64,000 bases of DNA, taken from NCBI GenBank assembly GCA_963723855.1, contig CAVRSI010000013.1, positions 166,196-230,195 on the forward strand. The letters are read 5' to 3'. The notes beneath the pieces were generated by a model. That model was not told where the DNA came from. It did not search any database and saw only the letters and a program-made list of their open reading frames with translations. Every line of letters starts with the position of its first letter. Within the stretch, counting starts at the first letter, position 1. The position numbers and the translations under genes were made by a program. Shown in pieces: positions 35,473 to 45,720 of this stretch. The DNA is from an uncultured Actinomycetes bacterium. GTDB taxonomy: Bacteria > Actinomycetota > UBA4738 > HRBIN12.

Positions 35473-36426
35473 CCGACCTGCAATGGGGCCGGCTGTCCAA
35501 CGACGCGTTCACCGTGGCGCTCTTCGCGTACATCGTCGCGATGGTGGGGTACTTCGCGTACCTCGCCTTCCGCCGAACCTCGCTCTGGGCCACCGCCCGC
35601 ACCATCGCAACCGTCGGGTTGGTCGCGAACGTCGTCTGCGTGGCGACGCGAGGGCTCGCCGCCCACCGCGTGCCGTGGGGCAACATGTACGAGTACTCGG
35701 TCCTGCTGGCGCTCCTCGTGGTCGCCGGGTACCTGCTGATCGTCGAGGGCTACTACAAGATCCGAACCCTCGGCGGGTTCGCGTTGATGTTCTCGGTGTT
35801 CACCATGGCGATCGCCGTGTCGTTCCTCTACGTGGGTCCGGGGCCGCTCGTACCCGGCGCTGAACTCGTACTGGATCAAGATCCACGTGGTCGCAGCGAT
35901 CACCGGTTCGTCGCTGTTCGCCCTGGGCGGCGGCGTCCTCACGATCTTGTTCCTGATCCAGGACCGCAAGGAACGCCGAGAGGTGGCCGCGCTCCGCGCG
36001 CAGGAGCCGCCGCCCATCATGGGTGGATCGGTCGGCGTCGACGCGCCACCCGACTTCTCGCCGGATGCCGACGAGCCCGCGAGCGGCGCCGTCGCACGGC
36101 GAGGCGTGCTGCCCCCGGCCGCGTCGCTCGATCGCATGGCGTACCGGGTGATCGCCTTCGCGTTCCCTATCTGGACGTTCGCGGTGATCGCCGGCGCGAT
36201 CTGGGCGCAGAGCGCGTGGGGACGGTACTGGGGCTGGGATCCGAAGGAGACGTGGTCCTTCGTCACGTGGGTGATCTACGCGGGGTATCTCCACGCGCGT
36301 TCGACGTCCGGGTGGAAGGGGCGGCCGGCGGCCGTCATCGCGTTGGTCGGCTTCGTCTCGCTGCTGATCACGTATTACGCGGTGAACCTCTGGATCGTCG
36401 GGCTGCACTCGTACAAGGGGTTCTGA
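35469..36426 (+). CDS. ccsB: Cytochrome c-type biogenesis protein CcsB (ResC); one +1 frame break
   Basis: Contains WGNMYE and the WGRYWGWDPKETW (WWD-type) motif. Frame is lost at CCC 35853-35855. The repaired join is ...GPLVPALNSYWIKIHVVAAITGS. Length 958 = 3n+1. Confidence 0.88.
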
Positions 36427-36431
36427 CAACA

Positions 36432-36455
36432 CCGCCGCAGTCGTTCGAGCGGCGG
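36432..36455 (+). terminator. GC-rich hairpin CCGCCGC-N10-GCGGCGG after ccsB
   Basis: 7-bp perfect stem. No U-tract. Could be an intra-operon attenuator or processing site. Confidence 0.25.
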
Positions 36456-36533
36456 AGGGGACGGTGGTACAGTGCGCGCGGCCCGGCGCCCGCACCGGCG
36501 TCGGAGCGCCTGTACCGGGGAGGCAAGGGAGAC

Positions 36534-37636
36534 TTGCGGAAGCGGCTGCTCTGGGTCCTGGGCCTCGCGGCCCTCGGCCTGATGCTGGCGTCCTGCGCTC
36601 CGCATGCCAGCCAGGATTCGTTGCAGCCCGCCGGTCCGTACGCGCAAGAGATCAAGAACCTCTTCGTCCCGGTGTTCTGGATCGCGGTCCTCGTCTTCGT
36701 GATCGTCGAGGGCGGGATCGTGCTCCTCGTCGTGAAGTATCGCCACCGCAAGGGGCAAGAGCGGATGCCCCCGCAGATCCACGGGAACACGCGCCTGGAG
36801 ATCGGCTGGACGATCGTGCCCGCCGTCATCCTCGCGGTCGTCATGGTGCCGACGGTGGCGACCATCTGGGACCTGGCGCGCAAGCCGCCCGCGGACGCGC
36901 TCCACATCACGGTCCAGGGTCATCAGTGGTGGTGGGGGTTCGTCTACACGGACGCCGACATGAAGACCACGTACGACACCAACGGCCCCATCACCGTCGC
37001 CGACGTCATGGTGATCCCCGCCGGCCGGCCGGTGTACCTGGATCTCGAGTCGGTGGGAGGCCTGATCGGCGGGCACGAAGGCGCAGGCCGACTACGCGGT
37101 GATCCACTCGTTCTGGATCCCGCAGCTCGCCGGGAAGCAGGACGTGGTCCCCGATCGGACGAACCACATCCTGATGCAGGCCGACCATCCGGGGACCTAC
37201 TTCGGTCAATGCGCTGAGTTCTGCGGGCTGGAGCACGGCAAGATGCGAGCGCGGGTCGTGGCGCTGTCCCAAAGTGACTGGGAGGCGTGGGTCGCCAACC
37301 AGAAGCAGCCGAGCGTCACGCCGATCGGATCCGCTCGCCGCCAAGGGGATGGATCTGTTCTCCAACCCGCTCTCGGGTGACCGGGGCAGCTGCATGGCGT
37401 GCCACTCCCTCGGAGGCATCGTGACCGGCGTGAACGCCGCCCCGAACCTGACGCACTTCGCCGATCCGAACCATCAGTGCTTCGCCGGGTGCGATTGGGA
37501 GACGGTCGACGAGGAGGCGCTCGCCGCGTGGCTGCACGATCCGAACGCCGTGAAGCTCGGAGCGAAGATGCCCAACTACCACCTGACCCAGGGCGAGATC
37601 GACGCGCTGGTCGCTTACCTCGAGAGCCTGACGTGA
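36534..37636 (+). CDS. ctaC: Cytochrome c oxidase subunit II with fused C-terminal cytochrome c domain (caa3-type), lipoprotein signal; two +1 frame breaks
   Basis: TTG at 36534 after GGGAGG. Lipobox LASC. CuA site HSFWIPQLAGK...CAEFCGLEHGKM. Haem c motif CMACHS. Breaks at GGG 37071-37073 and GG 37327-37328. Length 1103 = 3n+2. Confidence 0.88.
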
Positions 37637-37650
37637 GGGGGTCTCGGTAG

Positions 37651-39526
37651 ATGGCGAGCATCTCCATGCCGGCCGAGCGGACCCGGGGCATCCGTCGTCC
37701 CTCGGCGTTAACCGGCTTCTCGAGCTGGCTCACGACCGTGGACCACAAGAAGATCGGCCTGATGTACGGGGTGACCGCGTTCGCGTTCTTCATCATCGGC
37801 GGTCTGGAGGCCCTGCTGATCCGCTCCCAGCTCGCGCGTCCGGATCAGACCATCCTGAACGCCGATCAGTACAACCAGATCTTCACGATGCACGGGCTCA
37901 CGATGATCTTCCTGTTCGTGATGCCGATGTCGGCGGCGTTCTTCAACTACCTGATCCCGCTGATGATCGGCGCCCGGGACGTGGCGTTCCCGCGCATCAA
38001 TGCGTTCAGCTATTGGTTGTTCCTGTTCGGCGGGTTGTTCCTCTACTCCAGCTGGTTCCTGGGCGGCGCGCCCAACGGCGGGTGGTTCGGATACGCGCCC
38101 AACTCCACGACCGACCCCACCATCGGCATGACGTTCTACGCGTTGGGACTGCTGCTCACCGGGATCGCGTCGACGGCGGGCGCCGTCAACCTCGGCGTCA
38201 CGATCATCAACATGCGCGCGCCGGGTATGTCGTTCTTCCGGCTCCCCGTGTTCGTCTGGATGGGGCTCGTGACGCAGCTGCTCCTGGTGTTCTCGTTGCC
38301 GATCATCACGGTCGGGCTGTTCGAGCTGCTCTTCGACCGCCGGTGGGGAACCCATTTCTTCGACCCGACCCAAGGCGCCGACCCGGTCCTGTGGCAGCAC
38401 CTGTTCTGGCTGTTCGGCCACCCGGAGGTCTACATCCTCATCCTGCCCGCGTTCGGCATCTTCTCGGAGGTGCTGCCGGTCTTCAGTCGCAAGCCGCTGT
38501 TCGGGTATCAATTCGTGGTGTTCTCGGGGATCGCGATCGGGTTCATCGGGTTCGGCGTCTGGGCGCACCACATGTTCGCCGTGGGCCTGGGTCCGGTCGC
38601 GAACACGGCGTTCGGCATCTCGACGGCGATCATCGCCATCCCGACGGGCGTGAAGATCTTCAACTGGATGGCGACGATGTACAAGGGCGACCTGCGGTTC
38701 ACCTCCGCGATGATGTTCTCGGTCGGCGGCGTGGCGATGTTCGTCATCGGCGGGCTATCCGGCGTGACGCACTCGATCGTCCCCGCCGACTACCAGCAGA
38801 CGGACACGTACTACATCGTGGCGCACTTCCACTACGTCCTCTTCGGGGGCGCGATCTTCGGCCTGTTCTCGGCGGCGTACTACTGGTGGCCGAAGGTGTT
38901 CGGTCACCTGCTGTCCGAGGGCCTGGGCAAGCTGCACTTCTGGCTCATGATCATCGGGTTCAACCTGGCGTTCGGGCCCATGCACATCCTCGGCCTGCAG
39001 GGCATGATCCGCCGGGAGTACACGTACCCGGCGTCGCTCGGTCTCACGTTCTGGAACGAGATCTCCACGCTGGGCGCGTTCATCATCGCGGTGTCGATCC
39101 TGGTGTTCATCGCCAACGCGGTGCGGACGACCATGCGCCACCGCCCGCTCGAGTCGAACGATCCGTGGGACGCGCGCACGCTCGAGTGGATGACGGCGTC
39201 GCCGCCGCCCGTCTACAACTTCGACGAGATCCCGGACGGTCCACTCGCTCGACGAGTTCTGGCACCGCAAGTACGCCGAGGACAAGAGCGGGAGGCTCGT
39301 TCCCGTCCAGGCGGGTGCCGCGGATCGGCTCGAGCCCGACCGGTCGCACGGGACGGCGCACGCGATCCATCTGCCGAGCCCCTCGTACTGGCCGATCGTC
39401 GCGGCCCTCGGACTTCCCATCATGGCCTACGGGGTCATCTACTCGTGGTGGCTGGTGGGCCTCGGCGTGGCGGTCACGCTCGTCGGTGTCTACGGATGGG
39501 CCCTCGAGCCCTCGGTGGCGGAGTAG
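37651..39526 (+). CDS. ctaD: Cytochrome c oxidase subunit I with extra C-terminal two-TM extension; one +1 frame break
   Basis: Classical haem-copper oxidase sequence (WLFGHPEVYILILPAFG, HHMF, HFHYV). Break at GG 39234-39235. The repaired tail is EIPTVHSLDEFWHRKY...HLPSPSYWPIVAALGLPIMAYGVIYSWWLVGLGVAVTLVGVYGWALEPSVAE, stop at 39524-39526. Confidence 0.92.
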
Positions 39527-39528
39527 CC

Positions 39529-40147
39529 ATGGCCGACGTCGCGATCGACGAAGGGACACGACGAGCACGAGACCACGACCGGTCTCCCGCACACCAAGCT
39601 CGCGATGTGGCTCTTCCTCTCCTCCGAGTGCCTGCTGTTCGGCGCGCTGATCACCACGTACGTGCTGTACCGGAACGCGAGCATCAAGGGTCCGTACCCG
39701 TCAGACGTCTTCGACATCGGCTACACATCGGTGTCGTCGTTCGTCCTGCTGGCCAGCTCACTGACCATGGTGCTCGCGCTCGCCGCCGCGCAGAAGCGGG
39801 ACTTCATGCGGATGCGTCTATGGCTCGTCACGACGGCGATGCTCGGGCTGACGTTCGTGGGAGGTCAGGTCTACGAGTTCACGCACTTCTACCGCGAGGG
39901 CCTGGCGATCACCACCAACCTCTTCGGCACGACGTTCTTCGTCCTGACCGGCTTCCACGGCGTGCACGTCACCGTCGGCATCTTGATGCTGCTGTCGCTC
40001 ACGGGGATGTCGTTCGCGGATCGGCTCCCCGAGGATCCGGCGTTCCCCGTGGAGATGGTGGGTCTGTACTGGCACTTCGTCGACATCGTGTGGATCATCA
40101 TCTTCACGGTGGTGTACCTGATCCCAACGGCTCCGGCCGGGAAGTAG
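39529..40147 (+). CDS. ctaE: Cytochrome c oxidase subunit III; one +1 frame break
   Basis: ATG at 39529. Break at GGG 39553-39555. The repaired N-terminus is MADVAIDEGHDEHETTTGLPHTKLAMWLFLSSECLLFG. Also contains FHGVHVTVG and YWHFVDIVWI. Length 619 = 3n+1. Confidence 0.88.
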
Positions 40148-40152
40148 GAGCG

Positions 40153-40493
40153 ATGTCGGACATCCACGTCGACGAGCCGGGCGCCGCGGTGAGGAACACG
40201 CGGCGCCGCACGTGCATCACCCGGGCGCCAAGGAATACGTTCGCATCTTCTTCATCCTGGTCGCGATCACCGCGCTCGAGGTCGCCATCTACTTCGTGCG
40301 CGACACCATCGGCGGATGGTTCCTCCCGATCCTGTTCGGGCTGATGATCTCGAAGTTCACGATCGTGGTCCTGTGGTACATGCACCTCAAGTTCGACGAC
40401 CGCCGGTTCGCACGGTTCTTCGTCATGGGACTCGCCGGCGCGACCACCCTCTACCTGGTCGTCCTCCTCACGCTCAAGACGTTCCTGGACTAG
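40153..40493 (+). CDS. Cytochrome c oxidase subunit IV family protein (prokaryotic aa3-type small subunit); probable -1 break, or GTG start at 40212
   Basis: AGGAG lies 4 nt before ATG 40153. The conserved part is KEYVRIFFILVAITALEVAIYF...VVLWYMHLKF. Joining to ATG 40153 needs one missing base near 40186-40190 (length 341 = 3n-1). Confidence 0.7.
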
Positions 40494-40497
40494 CGCG

Positions 40498-41331
40498 ATG
40501 AACCTCACTCCCTGGCACGCGCACCCCGACGTCTGGCTCCTCTTCGGCTCGATCGTCGCCGCCTACCTGATCGCCGTTCGGCGTCACGAGCGCGAGACCG
40601 GCGAGCCGGTCGCGAAGCGCCGGACGCGGTTCTTCGTCGCGGGGGTCGCGGTGCTCTGGATCGGAGCCGATTGGCCGATCCACGATCTCGCCGAGCGCTA
40701 CCTGTATCTCGTCCACATGTCGCAGCACCTCCTGTTCACGTTGATCGCCCCGCCGTTGTTGATCGCGGGGATGCCGGCCTGGCTCCTCCGCCGGTTCCTC
40801 GGGCCCCGACCGGTCGCGACCGCGTTCGGGTTCCTGACGAAGCCCCTCGTCGCGCTGATCGTCTTCAACTCCGCGCTGTTGTTCGTGCACTGGCCCGCGG
40901 TGGTCGAGCTGTCCGTCCGATCCGAGTGGTTCCACTTCGGACTGCACGTGCTGCTGGTCTCGACCGCGCTCCTGATGTGGTGGCCGGTGATGTCGCCGTT
41001 GCCGGAGTACCCGGCGCTGCCGGCTCCCGGGCAGATGCTCTACCTGTTCCTGCAGTCGCTCGCCCCGACCATCCCGGCCTCGTTCCTGACGTTCGGCAAC
41101 CACCTCTTGTACCCGGTGTACGGGACGTTCCCGCGGATCTGGGGGATCAGCCCCCTGACCGATCAGCTCATCGCGGGGCTGATCATGAAGCTCATCGGCG
41201 GCGCGATCCTGTGGGTGTTCATCACGGCGATCTTCTTCCGGTGGTACCGGCAGGAGCGCCACGACGAGGGATGGGACGCGTCCCGGTACCGTGACGTCGA
41301 ACACGACGTCCACGTGGAGTTGCAGCGATGA
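40498..41331 (+). CDS. ctaG: Cytochrome c oxidase assembly factor CtaG (Caa3_CtaG family)
   Basis: 277 aa polytopic protein. Contains HMSQHLLFTLIAPPLL and MWWPVMSPLP. Confidence 0.85.
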   Translation: MNLTPWHAHPDVWLLFGSIVAAYLIAVRRHERETGEPVAKRRTRFFVAGVAVLWIGADWPIHDLAERYLYLVHMSQHLLFTLIAPPLLIAGMPAWLLRRFLGPRPVATAFGFLTKPLVALIVFNSALLFVHWPAVVELSVRSEWFHFGLHVLLVSTALLMWWPVMSPLPEYPALPAPGQMLYLFLQSLAPTIPASFLTFGNHLLYPVYGTFPRIWGISPLTDQLIAGLIMKLIGGAILWVFITAIFFRWYRQERHDEGWDASRYRDVEHDVHVELQR

Positions 41332-42375
41332 CCGATCAACTGACTGACGAGAAGCCGGCCCCTGCGCCGGACGCGCACCCCGAGACGCGGCAGGGGTTGC
41401 TGCTGCCGATCGTCATGCCACTCGGCATCTTCCTCGGCATCGGGCTCCTGCTCTTCGGCTTCTCGCGCGTCCTGCTCTCGGTGTCAGCCGCGGCCGCGAC
41501 GGTGATCGCGCTCGTCGTGGCCGCCTCGATCCTCGGTGTGGCGACGATCGTCGCGTCTCGCGAACGGCTCTCCAACGGAACCCTCTTCTCCATGATCGGC
41601 GTCGTGGCGGGGGTGGCGATGCTCGCGGGTGGCATCGCGATCGTCACGATCGGCACCGGGAAGGAGGCCGGCGGGGGCGGCGGCGGGCCGCAGGTCATCG
41701 CGCTGATGGCGCCGAAGGGCGCCGCGGTGACCGGTTTCCAACCGACCGACGCTCTCCGTCGCGGCGGACAAGCCGATCGAGCTCGACTTCACCAACCAGG
41801 ATCCCGGCATCCAGCACAACGTCGTGATCTTCCGCGAGGACCCGGCCAAGAACCCCAACGCGACCCCGGTCTTCTCCGGCGATCTGGTCACGGGCGTGAA
41901 CAAGGCCACGTACGCCGTGCCTGCACTGCCGGTCGGCACGCTCTACTTCCACTGCGAGGTGCACCCGACGACCATGGTGGGGACGATCGAGTCCGCCGTC
42001 GGTGGGGGCGGCGGCGGCGCACCTGCGGGCCCGGTCGTCACCGCCAAGGGGCTCTCGTTCGATACCAAGGAGATCGACCTGCCCGCCGGGCAGCCGACGA
42101 CCATCACGTTCCACAACGAGGACGCCGGCATCCCGCACAACATCGCGATCTACACCGACAGCACGCTGTCGACGGTCCTGTTCCAGGGCGAGCAGTTCCC
42201 GGGCGTGGCGACCCAGGAGTATCAGGTCCCGGCCCTCGATCCGGGGACGTACTACTTCCACTGCGACGTCCACGCGACGATGAACGGCAGCGTGGTCGTC
42301 GGGCCGCCCGGCGGGGGATCGGGTTCCGGAGGCGCCTCTGCGACCGGCGCCACCGGTGCCTCGCCCTCCGGCTGA
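41328..42375 (+). CDS. Membrane-anchored protein with two tandem type-1 (blue) copper cupredoxin domains; one +1 frame break
   Basis: ATGA overlap with ctaG. Three TM segments and a Gly linker. Two repeats each carry H...C..H..M ligands (IQHNVVIF...YFHCEVHPTTM; IPHNIAIY...YYFHCDVHATM). Break at about 41746-41747. Length 1048 = 3n+1. Confidence 0.8.
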
Positions 42376-42406
42376 GCGTTCCTCCGACCCCTGTTAGCGT
42401 GAACCC

Positions 42407-42943
42407 ATGGCCCGCCGACATGCCCTCGCTCCGGCCGTCGTGGCCCTCGTGCTGGTGACGGCCGCCTGCAGCGGAACCGACGGCGCGTCCGGCGCGAACG
42501 ATCCGTTGGGGGCGAAGGCGATGAACGAGCCGGCACCGGCCCTCGCCGGCGACACGGTCGGGGGCGGAACCGCCGCGCTCGCCCACCTTCGGGGCAAGGT
42601 CGTGGTCGTCAACTTCTGGGCGACCTGGTGCACACCGTGTCGCGCAGAGCAACCGGAGCTCGTCGGACTCTCGAACGACTACCGGCACGAAGGCGTCGAG
42701 TTCCTGGGTGTGCTCGAGCGCGACGACACCGCGAAGGCGAAGGCCTGGGTGAAGGAGTTCGGCGTGCCGTATGCGAGCATCGTCGACGAGTCGGGCGCTT
42801 GGGCAGACGACTTCGCGTTCTTCGGGCTGCCGGACACCTACGTGATCGATCGAGCCGGCACCATCCGATGGTCGGTGTTCGGGCAGACCGACGCTTCGCA
42901 GCTGCGTCCGCTCATCGACGAGGTGCTGGCGCAGCCTGCGTGA
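42407..42943 (+). CDS. TlpA/ResA-family thiol-disulfide oxidoreductase lipoprotein
   Basis: Lipobox VTAAC. Contains the thioredoxin motif NFWATWCTPCRAE. Confidence 0.88.
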   Translation: MARRHALAPAVVALVLVTAACSGTDGASGANDPLGAKAMNEPAPALAGDTVGGGTAALAHLRGKVVVVNFWATWCTPCRAEQPELVGLSNDYRHEGVEFLGVLERDDTAKAKAWVKEFGVPYASIVDESGAWADDFAFFGLPDTYVIDRAGTIRWSVFGQTDASQLRPLIDEVLAQPA

Positions 42944-42952
42944 TTGCCCGCG

Positions 42953-44785
42953 CTAGTGGCCCAAGGGCGAGAGCGCATCCAGGGCGACGGCGCCGAAGAG
43001 CGCGGCCAGGTACACGATCGAGTACTTGAAGACGCCCCATGCTCGGTTGGGGTCGGGTTCGCGCCACAGACGAAGCGCCCGGTATACGAAGACGCCGCCC
43101 AGCACGATCGCCGTGGACAGGTAGACCGGCCCCATGTTCCCGATGGGGTACAGGAGCAGCGTCGTACCGAACAGCGCGAGCGAGTACAGGAAGATCTGCC
43201 GGCGGGTCTCGTCCTCGCCTTTCACGACGGGCAGCATCGGGACGCCGGCCGCGGCGTAGTCGCCCTGGAACCGGATCGAGAGCGCCCAGAAATGCGGCGG
43301 GGTCCACACGAAGATGATCGCGAACAAGATCAAGGCCGGAGCGGAGAGCGTTCCGGTCACGGCGGCCCATCCGACGAGGGCGGGAACGGCGCCCGCTGCG
43401 CCCCCGACGACGATGTTCTGCGCCGTCGTGCGCTTCAGCCACATGGTGTAGATGAAGACGTAGAAGGCGATCGCCGAGAGCGCGAGCGTCGCCGCCAGGA
43501 CGTTCACCGTGATCGACAGGAAGAAGTAGGACGCGGCGCCGAGCACGAAGCCGAACCGCAGGGCGTGATCGGGCGTGACGGTGTGCGCCGGCAGTGGCCT
43601 GCCTCGCGTCCGCCGCATGATCTCGTCGATGTCGCGGTCGAGGTACATGTTGATCGCGTTGGCGGATCCCGCGGCGACCGTGCCGCCCAGCAGCGTGGCG
43701 AGCAGGAGACCCGCCGACGGTATCCCCTGTGCGGCAAGAATCATCGCCGGCACCGTCGTGATGAGGAGGAGCACGATGATCCGCGGCTTCGTGAGGCGAA
43801 CGTACGCGATGATCGTGTCGCGGAGGGTGCCGTCGCCGGCCGGTGCGGGGTCGCCGTTCGGATCGGACGGCTCCCCGGGCGGGCCGGCGTGCACGGCCAA
43901 CCGCCTCGACACGGTGGCCAGCGCGACGAGCGTCGCCCAGATCAGCACGGACAGCGCCACGTGGAGCACGACGGCCCACGGCCGCAGGCGCGACCAGACG
44001 TTCATCGCGCCGGAGATGATCTGCCCCACGAACAGGCAGAGCGCGAGCGTCGAGAGCACGACCAGATCCTTCGAGCGGGCAGCCATGGTGCGCGCGCGGA
44101 TGGCGACCCACAGCACCAGCAGGAACACGCCCGCCGCGAGGACCCGGTGGACGAACATCGCCGTCGCCGCGCCACCGAGCGCGGGGACCAGGCGGCCGTT
44201 CATCAACGGCCAATCCGTGAAGACCAGCCCGGCCGAACGGGCGCGGACGTACGTCCCGACCAGCAGCAGGGCACCGGCGGCGCCGGTGGTGATCAACGTG
44301 AGCTTCGCGAACGCACCATCGCTCCCACGCGCCTGATCGCTCCTCTCCGGGAGTCTCACGACGCAGAACGAATCGGTGGCCACGTAGATGACGTCCGCGA
44401 CGAACGCGAGCGCCACGGCGAAGTGGGCGGTGACCCACCACGGGTTCAGCTCCGTGTGGACGACGATGCCTCCCAGCACGGCCTGGCCGAAGACCAGCGG
44501 GATCGCGGCCGTCGCGGGCCACACCAGCGACGGGACGTCGCGGTACTGCCGCCACGCCACGACGGCCGTCGCGACGACCAGGACCGAGACGACGAACACC
44601 AGGAACCGGTGCGAGAACTCGATCAACGAATGAACGGTGCCGGCGGGGAAGAGCCGCCCGGGCGTGCATTCGGGCCAGGTGGAGCAGCCGAGGCCCGATC
44701 CGGTGCCGCGGACGAGCCCGCCGACGGCGAACAGCACGATGGTCGCAGCGGCGGTTGCGAGCGCGAGCTTCTGGAAGCGATTCAT
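42953..44785 (-). CDS. ctaAB: Fused haem A synthase (CtaA, N-terminal) and protohaem IX farnesyltransferase (CtaB, C-terminal)
   Basis: ATG (cat at 44783-44785). 610 aa in one uninterrupted frame. The CtaA part has GSGLGCSTWPEC and HRFLV/HRVLA pairs. The CtaB part has LTKPRII, NMYLDRDID and WTPPHFWALS. Confidence 0.85.
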   Translation of the reverse strand: MNRFQKLALATAAATIVLFAVGGLVRGTGSGLGCSTWPECTPGRLFPAGTVHSLIEFSHRFLVFVVSVLVVATAVVAWRQYRDVPSLVWPATAAIPLVFGQAVLGGIVVHTELNPWWVTAHFAVALAFVADVIYVATDSFCVVRLPERSDQARGSDGAFAKLTLITTGAAGALLLVGTYVRARSAGLVFTDWPLMNGRLVPALGGAATAMFVHRVLAAGVFLLVLWVAIRARTMAARSKDLVVLSTLALCLFVGQIISGAMNVWSRLRPWAVVLHVALSVLIWATLVALATVSRRLAVHAGPPGEPSDPNGDPAPAGDGTLRDTIIAYVRLTKPRIIVLLLITTVPAMILAAQGIPSAGLLLATLLGGTVAAGSANAINMYLDRDIDEIMRRTRGRPLPAHTVTPDHALRFGFVLGAASYFFLSITVNVLAATLALSAIAFYVFIYTMWLKRTTAQNIVVGGAAGAVPALVGWAAVTGTLSAPALILFAIIFVWTPPHFWALSIRFQGDYAAAGVPMLPVVKGEDETRRQIFLYSLALFGTTLLLYPIGNMGPVYLSTAIVLGGVFVYRALRLWREPDPNRAWGVFKYSIVYLAALFGAVALDALSPLGH

Positions 44786-44852
44786 GGAGTCGGGCCGAGC
44801 CCGGCTCATGATAGCCACAGAGGAACGGAGCGGCGCTTGCGATACTGATGCC

Positions 44853-45720
44853 ATGTCGGCCGACCGAACATCGCTGGCCCCGCCCGAGCTCCTGGCGGTC
44901 CGCGCCCGCATCGACCGGACCCTCGATCGCTTCCTGACGGGGGTCCGCGACGAGATGGAGGGCGTGGCGCCGGATGCGTTGCTCCCGATCGACGAGGTGA
45001 TCCGGCTGACCATGGCGGGTGGCAAGCGGCTCCGTCCGATGTTCTGCTTCTGGGGCTACCGCGCGGCGGGCGGCGCCGACGACCGGCGGATCGAACGGGC
45101 CGCCGCCGCGCTCGAGCTGCTGCACACGATGGCGTTGATCCACGACGACCTCATGGATCGCAGCCCGGATCGCCGCGGCGCGCCCGCCAGCGCGTTCCAA
45201 CTGGCCGATCGAGCTCGTGCGCGTGGATCGTCGGACCCCGAGCGTGCGGGTGCCTCGCTGGCGCTGCTCGCCGGCGACCTCGCGAACGTCCTCGCCGATC
45301 GACTGCTGCTGACCTCCGGGTTCGAGCCTCGGGCCCTGGTCGGCGCGCTCGACCGTTACCACCGGATGCGAACGGAGATGGCCCTCGGACAAGCCCTCGA
45401 CCTCATCGGTGGGGACACCGATCCGGCGTTGGTCGCGAGACTCAAGGGCGGCTCCTACACCGTGGAGGGCCCGCTGCTCGTCGGTGCCGCGCTCGCGGAG
45501 GGCGACCCCGGCGGCGACGGCGGCGCTCGCGGCCTTCGGGGCTCCGCTCGGTCTGGCGTTCCAGCTCCTCGACGACGAGCGCGACGGCGAGGCGGTGCTC
45601 GACCCGGGGCGCGTGGCCGGTCTGATCGCGCAGGCCCGAGCCGGGCTGGACGCACCCGGTCTCGACCCGCAGGCCGTCGGAGCGTTGCGCGCGATGGCCG
45701 ACCTGGTCGCGGTGGGATGA
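44853..45720 (+). CDS. Polyprenyl diphosphate synthase family protein; one +1 frame break
   Basis: First DDxxD motif (LIHDDLMD) is present. Break in CCCC 45506-45509. The repaired 3' part is ...AEGDPAATAALAAFGAPLGLAFQLLDDERD..., which holds the second Asp-rich motif. Length 868 = 3n+1. Confidence 0.8.

Noticed and set aside
37651-40344. 897-aa 'CtaD-CtaE-subunit IV' fusion; likewise 35469-37217 (CcsB-CtaC), 57820-60057 (NuoL-NuoM) and 28116-29684
   Set aside because: These are read-through of out-of-frame, stop-poor sequence after single-base insertions. Repaired models end at conserved C-termini, and the next gene starts with overlapping or adjacent start codons.
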